From Longimicrobiales bacterium (lineage in GTDB: Bacteria; Gemmatimonadota; Gemmatimonadetes; Longimicrobiales; Gaopeijiaceae): a DNA stretch of 64,000 nt. The notes below the pieces were generated by a model that did not search any database, was not told the origin of the DNA, and saw nothing but the letters and a program-made list of their open reading frames with translations. The stretch is from NCBI GenBank assembly GCA_041690395.1, contig JAWLHJ010000002.1, forward strand, positions 628,751 to 692,750, in the 5' to 3' direction. A program made the position numbers and the translations under genes. Of this stretch, positions 29,755-39,456 are shown one piece after another (the stretch's first letter is position 1; every line of letters starts with the position of its first letter).

Positions 29755-31875
29755 ATGGCCAGAGAAGAGAATCCGCTGCTGGAGGACAACGCCCGCATCC
29801 CGTTCGACAGGATCCGGGCGGAGCACGTCGAACCAGGCGTTCGGCGGGCCCTCGAGGAGGCTCGCACCGACGTCGAACGCGTGTCGACTTCGGACGATCC
29901 GCCGACCTGGGCGAACACGATGGCGCCGCTCGATCGCGCCCTGGAGCGTCTCTCGGAGCGTATCGCGCCGCCGTCGCATCTGATGTCGGTCGCGGAGACT
30001 CCAGAGCTGCGCGCAGCGTACAACGCGGTCCTCCCCGAGATCTCCGCCTTCTGGTCGAGCCTGCCGCTGGACCCCCGCCTCTGGGCGCGCATCGCCGCCT
30101 ACGCCGCCACGGACGAGGCGAAGGCGCTGACCGGCATCCGCCGCAGGCACCTCGACAAGACCGTGGCCGAGTTCAGGCGGGCCGGCGCCGACCTCGGCGA
30201 CGACGACAAGGCGAGGCTCCGGGAGCTCCGCGTGGAGATCGCCCAGCTCGAGCAGCGCTTCGGCGAGCACCTCCTCGACGCGACCGCGGCGTACGAGCTC
30301 CTCGTCGAGGACGAGTCGCGCCTGGACGGCGTGCCCGAGGCCCCCAAGCGCCGCTTCCGGGCCAAGGCGAAGGAGCGGGACCAGGAGGGATGGCTGCTGA
30401 CCCTCGACTACCCGTCGGTTGAGCCCATCCTCAAGCACTGCCGTGACCGCGCGCTCCGCCGGGAGATCCAGACGGCGTACGCGACCCGGTGCCGCGAGGG
30501 CGAGCACGACAACCGGCCGCTCATCGCGCGTATCCTCCGGATTCGGGACGAGATCGCGGACATCCTGGGGTACGGGAGCTTTCCGGATTACGTGCTGGAA
30601 GAGCGCATGGCCCGCACCGGGGCACGGGCGATCGAGTTCGAGCGCGACCTGGTGGAGCGGACCGGCCCCTACCACGAGCGCGACGTGCGGGAGCTCGAGG
30701 ACCACGCCCGCGAGCTGGGCATCGACGACCTCGAGCCCTGGGACGTCTCCTACGTGATGGAGCAACTCCGCAAGGCCCGCTACGACATCGACGACGAAGA
30801 CCTCCGCCCCTACTTCCCCCTGCCCCGCGTACTCGCCGGACTCTTCGAGATCGTCCGTCGCACCTTCGGATTCCGGATCGAAGAGCAGCCGAACGACAAG
30901 GTGTGGCACCCCGACGTCCGCTACTTCGAGATCATCGACGAATCCGACGACATGCGGGTGGGCGCCTTCTATACGGACTGGTTCCCGAGGAAGGAGAAGC
31001 GGCAGGGCGCCTGGATGAACAACTTCGTGACGGGTGGACCCGAGAACGGGTCGTTCCGCCCCCACGTCGGCGTCATCTGCGGCAACTTCACGCCTCCTGA
31101 CGACGACGCGCCGGCGCTCCTGACCCACCGCGAGGTCCAGACCACGTTCCACGAGTTCGGGCACCTCCTGCACCACTGCACGTCCCGCGTCGAGATCCCG
31201 TCCCGCGCCGGCATCCACGTGGCGTGGGACTTCGTCGAGCTCCCGAGCCAGCTCATGGAGAACTGGACGTGGGAGCGGGAAGCCCTCGACCTCTTCGCCA
31301 GGCACCACGAGACGGGCGAGCCGCTCCCGGACGAGCTCTACGACCGCATGATCGCCGCCCGGCGCTTCATGGGCGGATGGGGCCAGATGCGTCAGCTCTC
31401 CCTCGGCACGGTGGACCTGGCGCTGCACGCCGAGATGGCCCCCCGGCTGAGAGCGGAGGCGGGCGGCACCGCGTCGGCGCCCGAGGAGGTCGACGAGGCC
31501 CAGGCGGACGAGGTCATGGCCTTCGCCGAACGCCGCTTCCGCGACTTCGTGCCGTCCGAGGCGTTCGCCCGGCTCCATGGCCTGACGTCGTTCGGGCACC
31601 TGTTCTCCGGGGGATACGCGGCCGGGTACTACAGCTATCTCTGGTCGGAGGTGCTGGACGCCGACGTGTTCACACGGTTCAAGTCCGAAGGCATCTTCAA
31701 CGCCGAGACGGGCCGGAGCTACGTGACCTCGATCCTCTCGCGGGGCGATTCCGACGACCCCGAAGCGCTCTTCCGTGCGTTCATGGGCCGGGACCCGGAC
31801 CCGGAGGCGCTCCTCGCCCGGAATCTCGGCCCACGGAACGGTAACGACCCCGAAGCCCTATTAGAGACCGTATGA
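29755..31875 (+). CDS. prlC: M3-family oligopeptidase A
   Basis: NPLL, KRQGAWM, FHEFGH, WDFVELPSQLMENW, GGYAAGYYSYLWSE. Confidence 0.93.
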   Translation: MAREENPLLEDNARIPFDRIRAEHVEPGVRRALEEARTDVERVSTSDDPPTWANTMAPLDRALERLSERIAPPSHLMSVAETPELRAAYNAVLPEISAFWSSLPLDPRLWARIAAYAATDEAKALTGIRRRHLDKTVAEFRRAGADLGDDDKARLRELRVEIAQLEQRFGEHLLDATAAYELLVEDESRLDGVPEAPKRRFRAKAKERDQEGWLLTLDYPSVEPILKHCRDRALRREIQTAYATRCREGEHDNRPLIARILRIRDEIADILGYGSFPDYVLEERMARTGARAIEFERDLVERTGPYHERDVRELEDHARELGIDDLEPWDVSYVMEQLRKARYDIDDEDLRPYFPLPRVLAGLFEIVRRTFGFRIEEQPNDKVWHPDVRYFEIIDESDDMRVGAFYTDWFPRKEKRQGAWMNNFVTGGPENGSFRPHVGVICGNFTPPDDDAPALLTHREVQTTFHEFGHLLHHCTSRVEIPSRAGIHVAWDFVELPSQLMENWTWEREALDLFARHHETGEPLPDELYDRMIAARRFMGGWGQMRQLSLGTVDLALHAEMAPRLRAEAGGTASAPEEVDEAQADEVMAFAERRFRDFVPSEAFARLHGLTSFGHLFSGGYAAGYYSYLWSEVLDADVFTRFKSEGIFNAETGRSYVTSILSRGDSDDPEALFRAFMGRDPDPEALLARNLGPRNGNDPEALLETV

Positions 31876-31895
31876 GCATCCAGCGGAGAAGGCAC

Positions 31896-32912
31896 ATGAT
31901 GAATGCATCGAAGGTCCGAGGGCTCCTCGCGCTCCTGCTCGCCACGGGACTCGCGGCGTGCGGCGAGAAGGGGATGACGTACGGCGACGCCAACTCCGTG
32001 ATCGCCGTCACCGACGCCGAGCGCTGGTCCGAGATCGAGGACGACGTCTTCGGCGCGATCGAGCAGACCATCCAGACCGTCCGCGACGAGAAGACGTTCA
32101 CGGTCACGTACCAGGAGCCGTACGCGGAGTTCTGGAACGACCTGCGCCGCTTCCGTCAGATGCTCCTCATCGGAACGCTCGACGATCCGTGGATGGTGGA
32201 GGCGTTGGACGAGACGCCGACCGAGATCGACATCGGGGGGCCGGGTGTCTATCAGGTGCGGGACGTCTGGTCCCGCGATCAGACCGCGACCCTGATCGTG
32301 CTTCCGGACGACGGCTCGCTCGACCGGGTCCCGGCGATGCTCGACGAAGTGCAGACCACGCTCGACCAGCAGTTCAGGAATTACGCGCGCAACCGCATGT
32401 ATTTCTCCGGCGTGGCCGAGGCCCTCGCCGACACACTGGCGGCCGAAGCGGGCTTCCGACTCACCGTGCCCGAGGTCTACCGCTGGCAGCGTAGCGACTC
32501 GGTGCTGGTGTTCCGGAACGACCAGCCCGATCCCTCGGAGCTCATCCGCCAGGTGACCGTGACCTGGATGACGCCGGCGCCCGGAGACCTCTCGGTGGAC
32601 GAGATCATCGCGTGGCGTCAGCGCATGGCAGACGCCCACTACAACGAGCCCCAGGAGCTGGTCACCGAGGGCATGATCGTCGCGGACACCACGTTCGACG
32701 GTCGCGACGGCACCCTCGTCCAGACCCAGTGGCGCAATCCCCCGGACAGGGGGTGGCCCGCAGGCGGCCCCGTGGTGGTGCGCACCCTCACCTGTGACGA
32801 GCAGGACCGGACGTACCTGCTCGACGCCTGGCTCTATGCGCCGGGGCGCGAGAAGTACGAGTACATGATCCAGCTCGAGACGATTCTGGACACGTTCGAC
32901 TGCGGCGTCTGA
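31896..32912 (+). CDS. DUF4837-like lipoprotein
   Basis: Lipobox LAAC, DVWSRDQ, AGGP, YAPGREKYEYMIQLETI. Confidence 0.7.
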   Translation: MMNASKVRGLLALLLATGLAACGEKGMTYGDANSVIAVTDAERWSEIEDDVFGAIEQTIQTVRDEKTFTVTYQEPYAEFWNDLRRFRQMLLIGTLDDPWMVEALDETPTEIDIGGPGVYQVRDVWSRDQTATLIVLPDDGSLDRVPAMLDEVQTTLDQQFRNYARNRMYFSGVAEALADTLAAEAGFRLTVPEVYRWQRSDSVLVFRNDQPDPSELIRQVTVTWMTPAPGDLSVDEIIAWRQRMADAHYNEPQELVTEGMIVADTTFDGRDGTLVQTQWRNPPDRGWPAGGPVVVRTLTCDEQDRTYLLDAWLYAPGREKYEYMIQLETILDTFDCGV

Positions 32913-33096
32913 CTCCGGGCGATCAGGGAAGCGCTGCACAGGTCTGGCGGGGCTGCGGTCCCGCAGCCCCGGCGCGCCGCCCGCACCGTGGGGCCGGGAT
33001 CGCCACGGCGAGCTCGGCCACCCCACCCGCAGCGGGCTCGGCCATGCCCCGCTCCCGCGGCTCGCCCCCCCCGACCGTGGCGAGAATCCTGCATTC

Positions 33097-33237
33097 GTGC
33101 GCAGCCCTCGGGGGCCATGTCGACTTTCCGCCGTATGCGGCGTCAAATCGCCCAGACGCGTGGGCGCCGCTCACTGGCGAGTCATGTTCCTGCCGCATAC
33201 GGCGGTCGAGTCGCCACACGACCATCGCCGGGCGCAC
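33097..33237. repeat. Long imperfect inverted repeat (about 140-nt hairpin)
   Basis: Perfect 14-bp core CCGCCGTATGCGGC (33128-33141) / GCCGCATACGGCGG (33192-33205); outer arms CGACT/AGTCG and GTGCGC/GCGCAC. Confidence 0.75.
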
Positions 33238-33340
33238 CGGTGTCAAGTTTACGCCATCGGGACACCGCCCCACCCCTGCCGCACCACTCCCGCGCCCCTG
33301 CCCACCCCCGCCCATCTCGGAAGTCGTGGTCACGTGGGCC

Positions 33341-33387
33341 TCCTGAGTCCCCGGCCTCTTGAATCCCCGGTTTCCTGAATCCCGGTT
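33341..33387 (+). repeat. Three tandem 15-16-bp repeats
   Basis: tcctgagtccccggcc, tcttgaatccccggtt, tcctgaatcccggtt. Confidence 0.8.
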
Positions 33388-33425
33388 TCCTCGCGGCCTT
33401 GACCCGGTCCTGGATGAGCACGATA

Positions 33426-33447
33426 TTTCAAACTTGAAGACTTGAAA
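33426..33447. promoter_or_regulatory. Operator-like AT-rich repeat upstream of the alkene reductase
   Basis: TTTCAAACTTGAAGACTTGAAA contains a TTTCAA/TTGAAA inverted repeat and an ACTTGAA direct repeat. Confidence 0.55.
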
Positions 33448-33483
33448 TTTGATCTCTATGCGCCCTTCAAACGGAGCTACGCC

Positions 33484-34599
33484 ATGTCCTCTCCATCTAC
33501 TCCATCCGATCGACCGCTGCTGAGCCCGACCACGCTCGCGGGGCGCCCCCTCGCCAACCGCGTCGTCATGGCTCCGATGACCCGCTCCCGTGCCCTGGGT
33601 AACGTCCCGAACGAGCTCATGGCCGAATACTACGGCCAGCGTACCAGCGCAGGCCTGATCGTCACGGAGGGCACGTCGCCGACCCCCGACGGGCTCGGGT
33701 ATCCACGCATTCCGGGCATCTTCTCGGACGAGCAGGTGGAGGGCTGGCGCGGCGTCACCGACCGTGTGCACGAAGGCGGGGGTCTGATCTTCCTGCAGCT
33801 CATGGACACGGGCCGCGTGGCCCATCCCCTCAACCTCCCCGACGGAGCGGACGTCCGGGCACCCAGCGCCGTCCCTCTCGAAGAGACGCGCATGTGGGTC
33901 GACGGAGAGGGCAATCTGGAGATCCCCGCGCCTCGGGCGATGACCGGGGCCGAGATCGAGGAGACGATCGCCGCGTACGTCCAGGCGGCTCGAAACGCTG
34001 TGGCCGCCGGCTTCGACGGCGTCGAGCTGCATGGAGCCAACGGCTATCTCATCGAGCAGTTCCTGAATCCGCACACGAACCAGCGGGACGACGCCTGGGG
34101 CGGATCGGTGGAGGCGCGCGCGCGCTTCCTCGTCGAGGTGGCGACCCGGGTGGCGGCCGCGATCGGGCCCGAGAAGGTGGGGCTTCGCCTGTCACCCTGG
34201 GGGACGTTCAACGAGATGCCCCACTATCCCGAGATCGCGGAGAGCTACGACCACGTCGCCGACGCGATGTCCGAGCTCGGCCTCGCGTACCTGCACGTCA
34301 TCCGTCCGCCCAAGGGAGACGACGTCCCGGGCGACGCCCACGTGCGGATCGCGAAGCGCTTTCCGGGCACCGTGATCTTCGCCGGCAACTACGACCGGGA
34401 GTCCGCCGAGCGCGAGCTGGAGCGCGGCGACGCGGACCTGATCGCATTCGCCAGAGCGTTCCTGGCGAACCCCGACCTGCCCGAGCGCTTCGAGGCCGGA
34501 GCCGAGCTGAACGAGCCCGACCCGGACACGTTCTACGCCGCGGGCCCGGAAGGGTACACGGACTATCCCACGCTGGACGCGGAAGTGGCGATCGGCTGA
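33484..34599 (+). CDS. nemA: Old-yellow-enzyme alkene reductase (NemA-like)
   Basis: NRVVMAPMTRSRA, GFDGVELHGANGYLIEQF, ANPDLPERF, GYTDYP. Confidence 0.92.
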   Translation: MSSPSTPSDRPLLSPTTLAGRPLANRVVMAPMTRSRALGNVPNELMAEYYGQRTSAGLIVTEGTSPTPDGLGYPRIPGIFSDEQVEGWRGVTDRVHEGGGLIFLQLMDTGRVAHPLNLPDGADVRAPSAVPLEETRMWVDGEGNLEIPAPRAMTGAEIEETIAAYVQAARNAVAAGFDGVELHGANGYLIEQFLNPHTNQRDDAWGGSVEARARFLVEVATRVAAAIGPEKVGLRLSPWGTFNEMPHYPEIAESYDHVADAMSELGLAYLHVIRPPKGDDVPGDAHVRIAKRFPGTVIFAGNYDRESAERELERGDADLIAFARAFLANPDLPERFEAGAELNEPDPDTFYAAGPEGYTDYPTLDAEVAIG

Positions 34600-34602
34600 C
34601 GA

Positions 34603-34648
34603 CCCGGCCGAGGGTGTTGAAGACCGCCTCTTCGACACCCTCGCCGGG
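34603..34648. repeat. Hairpin of about 20 bp after the reductase gene (terminator-like, no U tract)
   Basis: CGAGGGTGTTGAAGA-CCGCC-TCTTCGACACCCTCG flanked by CCCGG/CCGGG. Confidence 0.7.
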
Positions 34649-34717
34649 ACCCTTGGGCCGCCGCCGCCGGTAGGACACGGTGACATCGATCCACGGTCCC
34701 GAGCCCCGAGCCCCGAC

Positions 34718-35182
34718 ATGCGTTCCTCGCGCGCGCCCCTCCTCGGAGGAGCCACCCTCCTGATCGTCACCGCCCTCGGCGGGTCGCCCGCGGCGGCCTC
34801 GGGCCAGACCGTGGGCGACCTCCTCGCGAGCGTCCAGAACGGCGGTGGCTGGGTGAGCGTGCCGATCCAGAACGGAGTCGGCCACGTCTCGACCGCCGCC
34901 GTCCCGACCATGGGCGTCAGGCTGTCCGGCTGCGTGCACGTGTGGGCCGGCCACTCGGGACGTTGGGACATCGACGCAAACGACGCGCTCGGCACCGGTC
35001 GGCTGACCATGAGCGCGGGACCCGGTGAGTCGGTGCCGTTCACCTACGCCGCCGGGATGCGCTCCAAGCTCGAGATCGACTTCGCCTGGAGCGAACCTCG
35101 TGACACGACGCTCTTCCTGTGGGTCGGGCTCGCCCGCCCGAACGAGGCACCCGAGGACACCTGCGAGCCCGACCAGGGGTAA
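34718..35182 (+). CDS. Hypothetical exported protein
   Basis: Signal peptide, coding-like codon usage, two Cys. Confidence 0.65.
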   Translation: MRSSRAPLLGGATLLIVTALGGSPAAASGQTVGDLLASVQNGGGWVSVPIQNGVGHVSTAAVPTMGVRLSGCVHVWAGHSGRWDIDANDALGTGRLTMSAGPGESVPFTYAAGMRSKLEIDFAWSEPRDTTLFLWVGLARPNEAPEDTCEPDQG

Positions 35183-35219
35183 GAAGACCCCCGAATCCAT
35201 GACTTCGACAGACGGATCC

Positions 35220-35729
35220 ATGCCCCAACGCACCGCTCTCTCGCTCGTTCCCATCCTCGTGGCCGTTCTCGCCGGATGCGGGGCCTCGAATCCCGACCAG
35301 GCCGGCGCGCAGGAAGAGATCCACTGCCGGGAGGCGCACCGTTTCCTGGTGGAGGACGTCGGGATGGCCGCGGTGACCGACCCCGACGTCTGGGACGACT
35401 GGCGGACCGACCAGCAGGTCCCCGGATGCCGCGTGACGGCCGCCGGCCTCACCCCCAACACGATGGGCACCGAGTCGGGCCTCTTCTACGAGAAGGTCGA
35501 GGCCGCCGGCTGGACGAGGACGCCCGACCCACAGGACGCGCCCAACGAGTCCTCCCTCCGGTACCGCAAGGACGGCTCGGATTGCCTCTTCAACTTCTAC
35601 GAGCTCGGCATGCTCGGGACCGAGGCCGAGGGGATCGTCTCGGACGCGCGGGTGCCCACGACGGAGCTCGACCGCTACTACGTGCTGGCCATGTGCATGC
35701 CGGCCATGGAGTCCGCCCCCCGGCGCTGA
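35220..35729 (+). CDS. Hypothetical lipoprotein
   Basis: Lipobox VLAGC plus four further Cys. Confidence 0.7.
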   Translation: MPQRTALSLVPILVAVLAGCGASNPDQAGAQEEIHCREAHRFLVEDVGMAAVTDPDVWDDWRTDQQVPGCRVTAAGLTPNTMGTESGLFYEKVEAAGWTRTPDPQDAPNESSLRYRKDGSDCLFNFYELGMLGTEAEGIVSDARVPTTELDRYYVLAMCMPAMESAPRR

Positions 35730-35849
35730 CACCCGGCCGGAATCCGCGCCGTTCCGTGACCGGAAACATGCGTCGGTTGGCCCGCCCGGAGGGCCCGAGT
35801 AGGTTCAGGGCGACCCGCCCGACCATGGACCCGCCGACCGATCCCCGAC

Positions 35850-38800
35850 GTGAGCTTCGTCCACCTCCACACCCACTCCGAGTTCTCGCTCCTCGACGGC
35901 GCGAACCGCCTGACGGACCTCGTGCGCAAGGCCAAGGAGCACGAGATGCCGGGGCTCGCGCTCACCGACCACGGGTGCATGTTCGGGGCGTGGAACTTCC
36001 ACAAGACGGCACGGAAGGAGGGCCTGAAGCCCATCGTCGGGATGGAGGCCTACGTCGCGCCGGGCGACCGCCGGGACAAGTCCCGCTCCGGCCAGGGCGA
36101 GCGCGCGTACTATCACCTCGTGCTCCTCGCACGTGACCTCCAGGGGTACCGGAACCTCGTCAAGCTGTCCTCCATCGGATACACGGAAGGCTTCTACCAC
36201 AAGCCGCGTATCGACCGGGAGGTCCTGGCCAGGTACCACGAGGGGCTCATCGTCTCGTCCGCGTGCATGGCGGGCGAGGTCGCGCGCCACCTCCAGGCCG
36301 ACGACTGGAAGGCGGCGAAGGAAGCCGCCGAGTGGTACGCGAACCTGTTCGACGGTCGCTACTACATGGAGGTGCAGGCCCACGACACCGAGGGTCAGGC
36401 CGAGCTGAACAAGAAGGTGCTGCAGCTCGCCGACGAGCTCGGGCTCCCGTCCGTGCTCACGAACGACGCGCACTTCCTGCAGCCCGACGACCACGAAGCA
36501 CACGACATCCTGCTCTGCATCGGGCTCGGCAAGGACCGGAACGACCCGAACCGGATGCACTACGACGAGGGGCTCTACTTCAAGAGCGCCGAGGAGATGG
36601 CCGCCGCATTCCCCGACCGGCCCGACGTCGTCGAGAACACGCTCAAGATCGCCGACGAGGTCGACCTCGTCTTCGAGAAGAAGTACTTCCTGCCCGAGTT
36701 CCCGGTCCCCGAGGAGCACGCCGACGAGACGGCGTTCCTCGAGCACCTGTCGCTCGTAGGCGCGAAGGAGCGGTACGGCGATCCGCTCCCCCCCGAGGTG
36801 CAGGAGCGCTTCGACTACGAGATGGGGGTCATCAAGGGGACCGGGTACGCCGGCTACTTCCTCATCACCCAGGACTTCATCCGCTGGGCGCGGGACAACG
36901 ACATCCCGGTCGGACCCGGGCGCGGCTCGGCGGCGGGCTCGCTGGTGGCCTACGCGCTGGGGATCACCAACCTGGACCCGCTCGAGTTCGACCTGCTGTT
37001 CGAGCGCTTCCTGAACCCCGAGCGGATCTCGATGCCGGATATCGACATCGACTTCTGCTACGAGCGCCGCGGCGAGGTGATCGAATACACCCGCCAGAAG
37101 TACGGCAAGGACGCCGTCGGCCAGATCATCACCTTCGGGACGATGAAGAGCCGCGCGGTCATCCGCGACGTGGGGCGCGCGCTGGGCTTCGAGCCCGGCG
37201 AGACCGACAAGATCGCCAAGCTCATCCCGAACGCGCCCGGCCAGGCGTTCACCGTCCAGGAGGCGGTCGACAAGCTCAAGGAGGTCAAGGTCCTCTACGA
37301 GTCCGACGAGCGTCACCGCCAGCTGTTCGACTACTCGATCACCCTCGAGGGGCTCGCGCGCCACGCGTCGGTCCACGCGGCCGGCGTGGTCATCGCGCCC
37401 GGACCGCTCGACGAGTACGTGCCGGTCAGCATCCAGACCGGCAAGAACGGCAACGGCGACGACGCCATGGCCGTGACGCAGTACGACATGACCAGCCTCG
37501 AAGAGGCCGGCATGCTCAAGATGGACTTCCTGGGCCTGAAGACCCTCACGGTCGTGTACGACGCCGTGCAGATGGTGCGGACCCGCCACGGCGTCCTGAA
37601 GAACCCGGACACCGGGGAAGAGTACGCGACCATCGACGACGTGCCGCTCGACGACCCGGCCGTCTACAAGATGATGGCCCGCGGCGGCACCTCGGGCATC
37701 TTCCAGTTCGAGTCGAACCTCGCGAACGACAAGCTGCGCGCCATGCGCTGCGACCGCTTCGAGGACCTGGTCGCGACCAACGCGCTCATTCGTCCGGGCC
37801 CGCTCGACTCCGGGATGACCGACGTCTTCATCCGGCGGAAGCTGGGGAAGGAGGCGGTGACCTACCCGCACCCGAGCCTCGAGAAGATCCTCGAGCCGAC
37901 GCACGGGGTCATCGTCTACCAGGAGCAGGTGATGCGGATCGCGTCCGAGCTCGCGGGCTTCACGCTCGGCGAGGCGGACGTGCTGCGGAAGGCGGTGGGC
38001 AAGAAGGACGCAGCGCTCATCAAGAAGGAGCTCGGCCGGTTCGTCGACCGGGCGGTGGAGCGCGGCGTCGAGAAGCAGACCGCCGTCGACCTGGCCGACC
38101 AGATCGAGACGTTCGGCCGCTACGGCTTCAACCGGAGCCACTCGGCGGCGTACTCGCTCATCTCGTACCAGACCGCGTGGCTGAAGGCGCACTACCCAGC
38201 CGAGTTCATGGCCGCGCTCCTCTCGTCCGTGCTCGACAGCACGGACAGCGTGGTGAAGTACATCGGCGCCTGCCGCGACCTGCCGCGCTTCATTCCGAAG
38301 CTCGAGGACTCGGTCGAGGTCCTCCCGCCGGACGTGAACGAGTCGGGGTGGAAGTTCACGGTCACGGCCGGCAGCAAGATCCGTTTCGGCATGGGAGCCG
38401 TGCGCGGGGTCGGACACGGTGCGGTCCGCTCGATCCTCGACGCGAGAGAGAACGGTGGGCCGTTCACCTCGCTCTTCGACTTCCTGGAGCGCATCGACAC
38501 GCGGGCGCTCAACAAGCGGGCCTGCGAGGCGCTCATCGCGGCCGGCGCCCTCGACGCCTTCGGCCACCGGGCCCAGCTCCTCGCCGGACTCGACGCCGCC
38601 TACGGCGAGGTCCAGGCGCGCGCCGCGGAGATCGAGGCGGGTCAGGCTTCGCTGTTCGGCGACGCGTCGGCCCTTCCCCGCGGCGCGCCCTCGCTCCCGA
38701 AGATCCCCGAGTGGCCCGAGCCCGAGCGCCTCGCCCGCGAGAAGGCCGCGCTCGGCTTCTTCATCTCGGGCCACCCGCTCGACCGGTTCCGTGAGGTCGT

Positions 38801-39425
38801 GCGCGCGTTCGACGGCGTCGCGTCGGACACGCTCATCGAGAAGGCCGGCACGACGGTGGAGCTCCCTTGCGTGGTGACGTCGGTGGCCCGCCAGATCTCC
38901 CGCAAGGACAGCTCCGAGTGGGGGAAGATCACCGTCGAGGACTTCAACGGCACGGCCACGGTCCTGGCGTTCCGCGACGCATGGCAGGACCACAAGGAGA
39001 TCCTCCAGCAGGACGCGGTCGTGCTCATCACGGGCAAGGTGAGCAACCGGGAGCGCGACGAGGAGGACCCACCCATCTTCCTCGACTCGGCCCGGGCGTT
39101 GGAGGACGTGGCGGAAGCCGGCGAGCTCGCGGTCCAGATCGAGCTCGAGCTCGGCTCGAATGTCCCCGAGGAGGCGTTCGCGAAGGCGAGGAAGGTGCTG
39201 ACCGAACACCCCGGCCAGTCCCAGGTGTGGCTCCAGGTCGGAGAGGACAACGGCGACCGTGCGCCGAGGCTCCGGTCGAAGTCGCTCGGCGTGACGCCGG
39301 ACGCCGAGGCCATGGACGCCCTCCAGAAGCTCTTCGGTCGAGGGAACGTGCGGCTGATCCGGCGGGTGAAGCCGGTGTTCAACGACGAGGAGCCGTTCTG
39401 GAAGAGGCGGGAGCGACAGGACTAG
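35850..39425 (+). CDS. dnaE: DNA polymerase III alpha subunit
   Basis: FVHLHTHSEFSLLDG PHP domain, GPGRGSAAGS, MPDIDIDF, KMDFLGL, YGFNRSH, OB fold. Confidence 0.98.
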   Translation: MSFVHLHTHSEFSLLDGANRLTDLVRKAKEHEMPGLALTDHGCMFGAWNFHKTARKEGLKPIVGMEAYVAPGDRRDKSRSGQGERAYYHLVLLARDLQGYRNLVKLSSIGYTEGFYHKPRIDREVLARYHEGLIVSSACMAGEVARHLQADDWKAAKEAAEWYANLFDGRYYMEVQAHDTEGQAELNKKVLQLADELGLPSVLTNDAHFLQPDDHEAHDILLCIGLGKDRNDPNRMHYDEGLYFKSAEEMAAAFPDRPDVVENTLKIADEVDLVFEKKYFLPEFPVPEEHADETAFLEHLSLVGAKERYGDPLPPEVQERFDYEMGVIKGTGYAGYFLITQDFIRWARDNDIPVGPGRGSAAGSLVAYALGITNLDPLEFDLLFERFLNPERISMPDIDIDFCYERRGEVIEYTRQKYGKDAVGQIITFGTMKSRAVIRDVGRALGFEPGETDKIAKLIPNAPGQAFTVQEAVDKLKEVKVLYESDERHRQLFDYSITLEGLARHASVHAAGVVIAPGPLDEYVPVSIQTGKNGNGDDAMAVTQYDMTSLEEAGMLKMDFLGLKTLTVVYDAVQMVRTRHGVLKNPDTGEEYATIDDVPLDDPAVYKMMARGGTSGIFQFESNLANDKLRAMRCDRFEDLVATNALIRPGPLDSGMTDVFIRRKLGKEAVTYPHPSLEKILEPTHGVIVYQEQVMRIASELAGFTLGEADVLRKAVGKKDAALIKKELGRFVDRAVERGVEKQTAVDLADQIETFGRYGFNRSHSAAYSLISYQTAWLKAHYPAEFMAALLSSVLDSTDSVVKYIGACRDLPRFIPKLEDSVEVLPPDVNESGWKFTVTAGSKIRFGMGAVRGVGHGAVRSILDARENGGPFTSLFDFLERIDTRALNKRACEALIAAGALDAFGHRAQLLAGLDAAYGEVQARAAEIEAGQASLFGDASALPRGAPSLPKIPEWPEPERLAREKAALGFFISGHPLDRFREVVRAFDGVASDTLIEKAGTTVELPCVVTSVARQISRKDSSEWGKITVEDFNGTATVLAFRDAWQDHKEILQQDAVVLITGKVSNRERDEEDPPIFLDSARALEDVAEAGELAVQIELELGSNVPEEAFAKARKVLTEHPGQSQVWLQVGEDNGDRAPRLRSKSLGVTPDAEAMDALQKLFGRGNVRLIRRVKPVFNDEEPFWKRRERQD

Positions 39426-39456
39426 TCCCCTGGCCGGCCGCGCGTGTAACACCGGC

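Noticed and set aside
33295..33313. G-quadruplex motif on the minus strand
   Set aside because: Such motifs are common by chance at about 70% GC and there is no other support
33341..33415. Possible CRISPR array
   Set aside because: Repeats are 15-16 bp, contiguous and without spacers; no cas genes in the window
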